From positions 95,728,001 through 95,792,000 of the forward strand of contig JANJGN010000015.1 in NCBI GenBank assembly GCA_026770705.1: a stretch of DNA of 64,000 bases, read 5' to 3'. Source of the stretch: Isurus oxyrinchus. Taxonomy: Eukaryota. Under the pieces are notes generated by a model, which saw only the letters and a program-made list of their open reading frames with translations, had not been told where the DNA came from and searched no databases. Position numbers and translations under genes: made by a program. Within the stretch, counting starts at the first letter, position 1; each line of letters begins with the position of its first letter. Shown here in pieces: positions 61,720 through 64,000 of this stretch.

Positions 61720-63329
61720 TCCCAGGCTAACGGAAGGCTTCCTGAAAGCTGCAGGCCCGGAAAAGATTCCTTACTGCAGAGTGCTGACCTGAAGGTTAAG
61801 AGTCCAGAAAAAGCAGCTGGTATACATTCTCAAGTATTGCAAATCAGACAGGCAAGTTTGTAAAACTTTCAAAAATAAATACTTGACTATGCACATTCAC
61901 GACCCCAGTAAGCCATCTTATCCCGCCTGTGGATAAGATTAATACAAATGTGTCCTACCCGCCTGCCCATTGTGCCCGTGTGCTGTTCCGAAGATTGCAC
62001 GCACTCAGAAAAATCGGTGTTGATTAAATATTTAGGGACCTTATGTGGCCCGTTAATTAATGGCGGCAGTGTGTCGGACATCATTGCATGCCCGCCCAGC
62101 CAAATATCACGATGGCGTCTGGTGACGTTGGGCCGCTTACCTGATGTCACCTCACATCATTTTACACATGGACATACGGGGCCTGCTCCCACACGACAAC
62201 AAGAAAATTCTGTCCTCTGTCTTCTATTAGTTAGTCAACCCTCTATCCATGCTAATATACTAGCCCCAACACCATGGGCTCTTATCTTATTAAGTAGTCT
62301 TATGTGCAGTATCTTTTCGAATGCCTTTTGGAAATCCAAATATATTACATTTACTGGTTCCCCTTTATCTATCCTGCTTGTTACCTCCTCAAAGAATTCT
62401 AATAAATTTATTTGGCATGATTTCCCCTTCATTAAGCCATACTGACTCTGCTTGGTTAGATTATGTATTTCCATATGCTCTGCTATTACATCCTTTATAA
62501 TAGACTCCCACATTTTCCCAATGACAGATGTTAAGCTAACTGGCTTGTAGTTACCTGATTTTTTTGTCTCCCTCCCTTTTTGAATAAGTGTATTACATTG
62601 GCCATTCTCCAATCCTCAGGGACTTTTCCAGAATTTAAGGATTCTTGGAAGATTACTACCAGTGTATCCACTATCTCTGTAGCTACTTCCTTTAATATCC
62701 TAGGATGCAATCCATCAGGTCCAGGGGACTTATTGGCCTTTAGCACCATTAGTTTCCTTGGTACTTTTTCTCTAGTGATAGTTATTGTATTTATTTCCTC
62801 CCCGCTTTTTGCCCCTTGATTATTTAGTATTTTTGGAACGCTATTATTATCTTCTACCGTGAAGCAAAGTATTTATTCAACTCCTCTGCCATTTCCTGGT
62901 TCCCCATTATTATTTCCCCAACCTCATTATCAAAGGGGCCTATGTTCACTTTGGCCTCTCTCTTCCTTTTTATATAGTTAAAGAAGCTCTTACTGTTCAT
63001 TTTTATTTTACTTGCTAGTTTATCCACAAATTTTATTTTCTCCCTCATTATTAGTTTTTTGGTCATCTTTTGTTGGTTTTTAAAACTTTCCCAATCCTCT
63101 GACTTACCACGACATTTTACCACATTGTATATTTTTTCTTTTAAAATGATACTGTCCTGAACTTATGGTTATTTATCCCCTTCCTTGAATCCTTCTTCCT
63201 CACTGGGATATATCTTTGTTGGGAGTCATGAGCTATTTTCTTAAACATCTGCCATTCTTCATCAACTATCTCTTCTTCTGGGCTGCTTTCCCAGTGCACT
63301 CCATCCATCTCTGCCCTTATTCTATTGTA

Positions 63330-64000
63330 TTGAGTCTGGGATGAGGGTCCTGCAGTCAGCATCACAGTCTGCACTGGAATGCTGCTTTGGGAGTTCGGTG
63401 AGGAGGGAACGAGGTGGTCCTTTGAGTACCGTGAGTATGATAGGGTAAGTATTTACTACTTTTATTGCTTATAGCTTTTAAGGTCTTATTTTGTGGTTCA
63501 TTGTTTGTAAGGGCTATATTCTGTAACAACGAGGAGCAGGGGAGAAGTGCCCTTGAGTAATTGATATTATTTGATATTAAAGTATCTTCCAAAAGGTTAA
63601 ATTTAATTTAAAAGCATGAGAGCTCAAAGCTGTGGCGTGCCCCTCCTGCTGTATGTGGGAAGCTGGAAACATTTCCAGTGCCTGGGGCCGGCATGTGCTG
63701 CAGTTGCAGCTCCTGGAAGCCCGGGTTTCAGAGCTGGAGTGGCAGCTGGGGATAATTTGGAGCACCCGCGAGGCAGAGAGTATCATGGATAGCACATATA
63801 GAGAGATGGTCACACCACAGGCTAAGAGTCCACAAGCAGGAAGAGAATGGGTGACCACCAGGCAGAGCAAGAGGACTAGGCAGGCAGTGCAGGAATCTCC
63901 TGTGGCTATTCCCTTGCAAAACAGATATACTGCTTTGGATACTATTGAGGGGAATAGGGGAAAGCAGCAACAGCCAAATTCGTTGCACGGTTGGCTCTGC
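63330..64000 (+). mobile_element. CR1 5' UTR and ORF1 N-terminal region, running off the window end
   Basis: From ~63619: AVACPSCCMWE, LQLLEARVSELEWQL, WVTTRQ, PVAIPLQNRYTALDT, which resembles CR1 ORF1 upstream of the esterase domain. Confidence 0.8.

Larger units (their letters stand above)
57705..62215. mobile_element. Near full-length PIF/Harbinger DNA transposon with two convergent genes
   Basis: TIRs GGCCTGAATTTTC and GAAAATTCTGTCC; 3-bp TSD TCT; Myb/SANT gene on plus and DDE transposase on minus. Confidence 0.9.
56655..63320 (-). mobile_element. CR1 LINE (linker, RT, 3' UTR) split by the Harbinger at 57705-62215
   Basis: AKFADDTKIGG (57391..57657), LYKALVRPHL, IYLDFQKAFEKI (62235..62612), KSPGPDGLHPRILKE; sequence rejoins across the insertion. 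Confidence 0.92.

Overview
Repeat-dense vertebrate genomic DNA; the repeat families point to a cartilaginous fish, probably a shark (inference). There is no complete host gene, only a CpG island at about 6.6-7.3 kb with a probable minus-strand first exon. The rest is nested transposable elements: many CR1 and L2-like LINE fragments, Deu-domain and other SINEs, a near-complete PIF/Harbinger transposon with derivatives, a Gmr1-type Gypsy LTR element with integrase before RT, solo LTRs and a Penelope GIY-YIG fragment. Two things stand out. (1) A TSD-bounded L1/Tx1-clade LINE (30549-34347) whose whole ~50-nt 5' leader starts with the 5' end of U1 snRNA. (2) A family of short TSD-flanked fold-back elements carrying two oppositely oriented minimal hammerhead ribozymes, some with a variant CUGUCGA core. 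All calls come from reading the sequence by eye with no database searches, and boundaries of decayed repeats are approximate.
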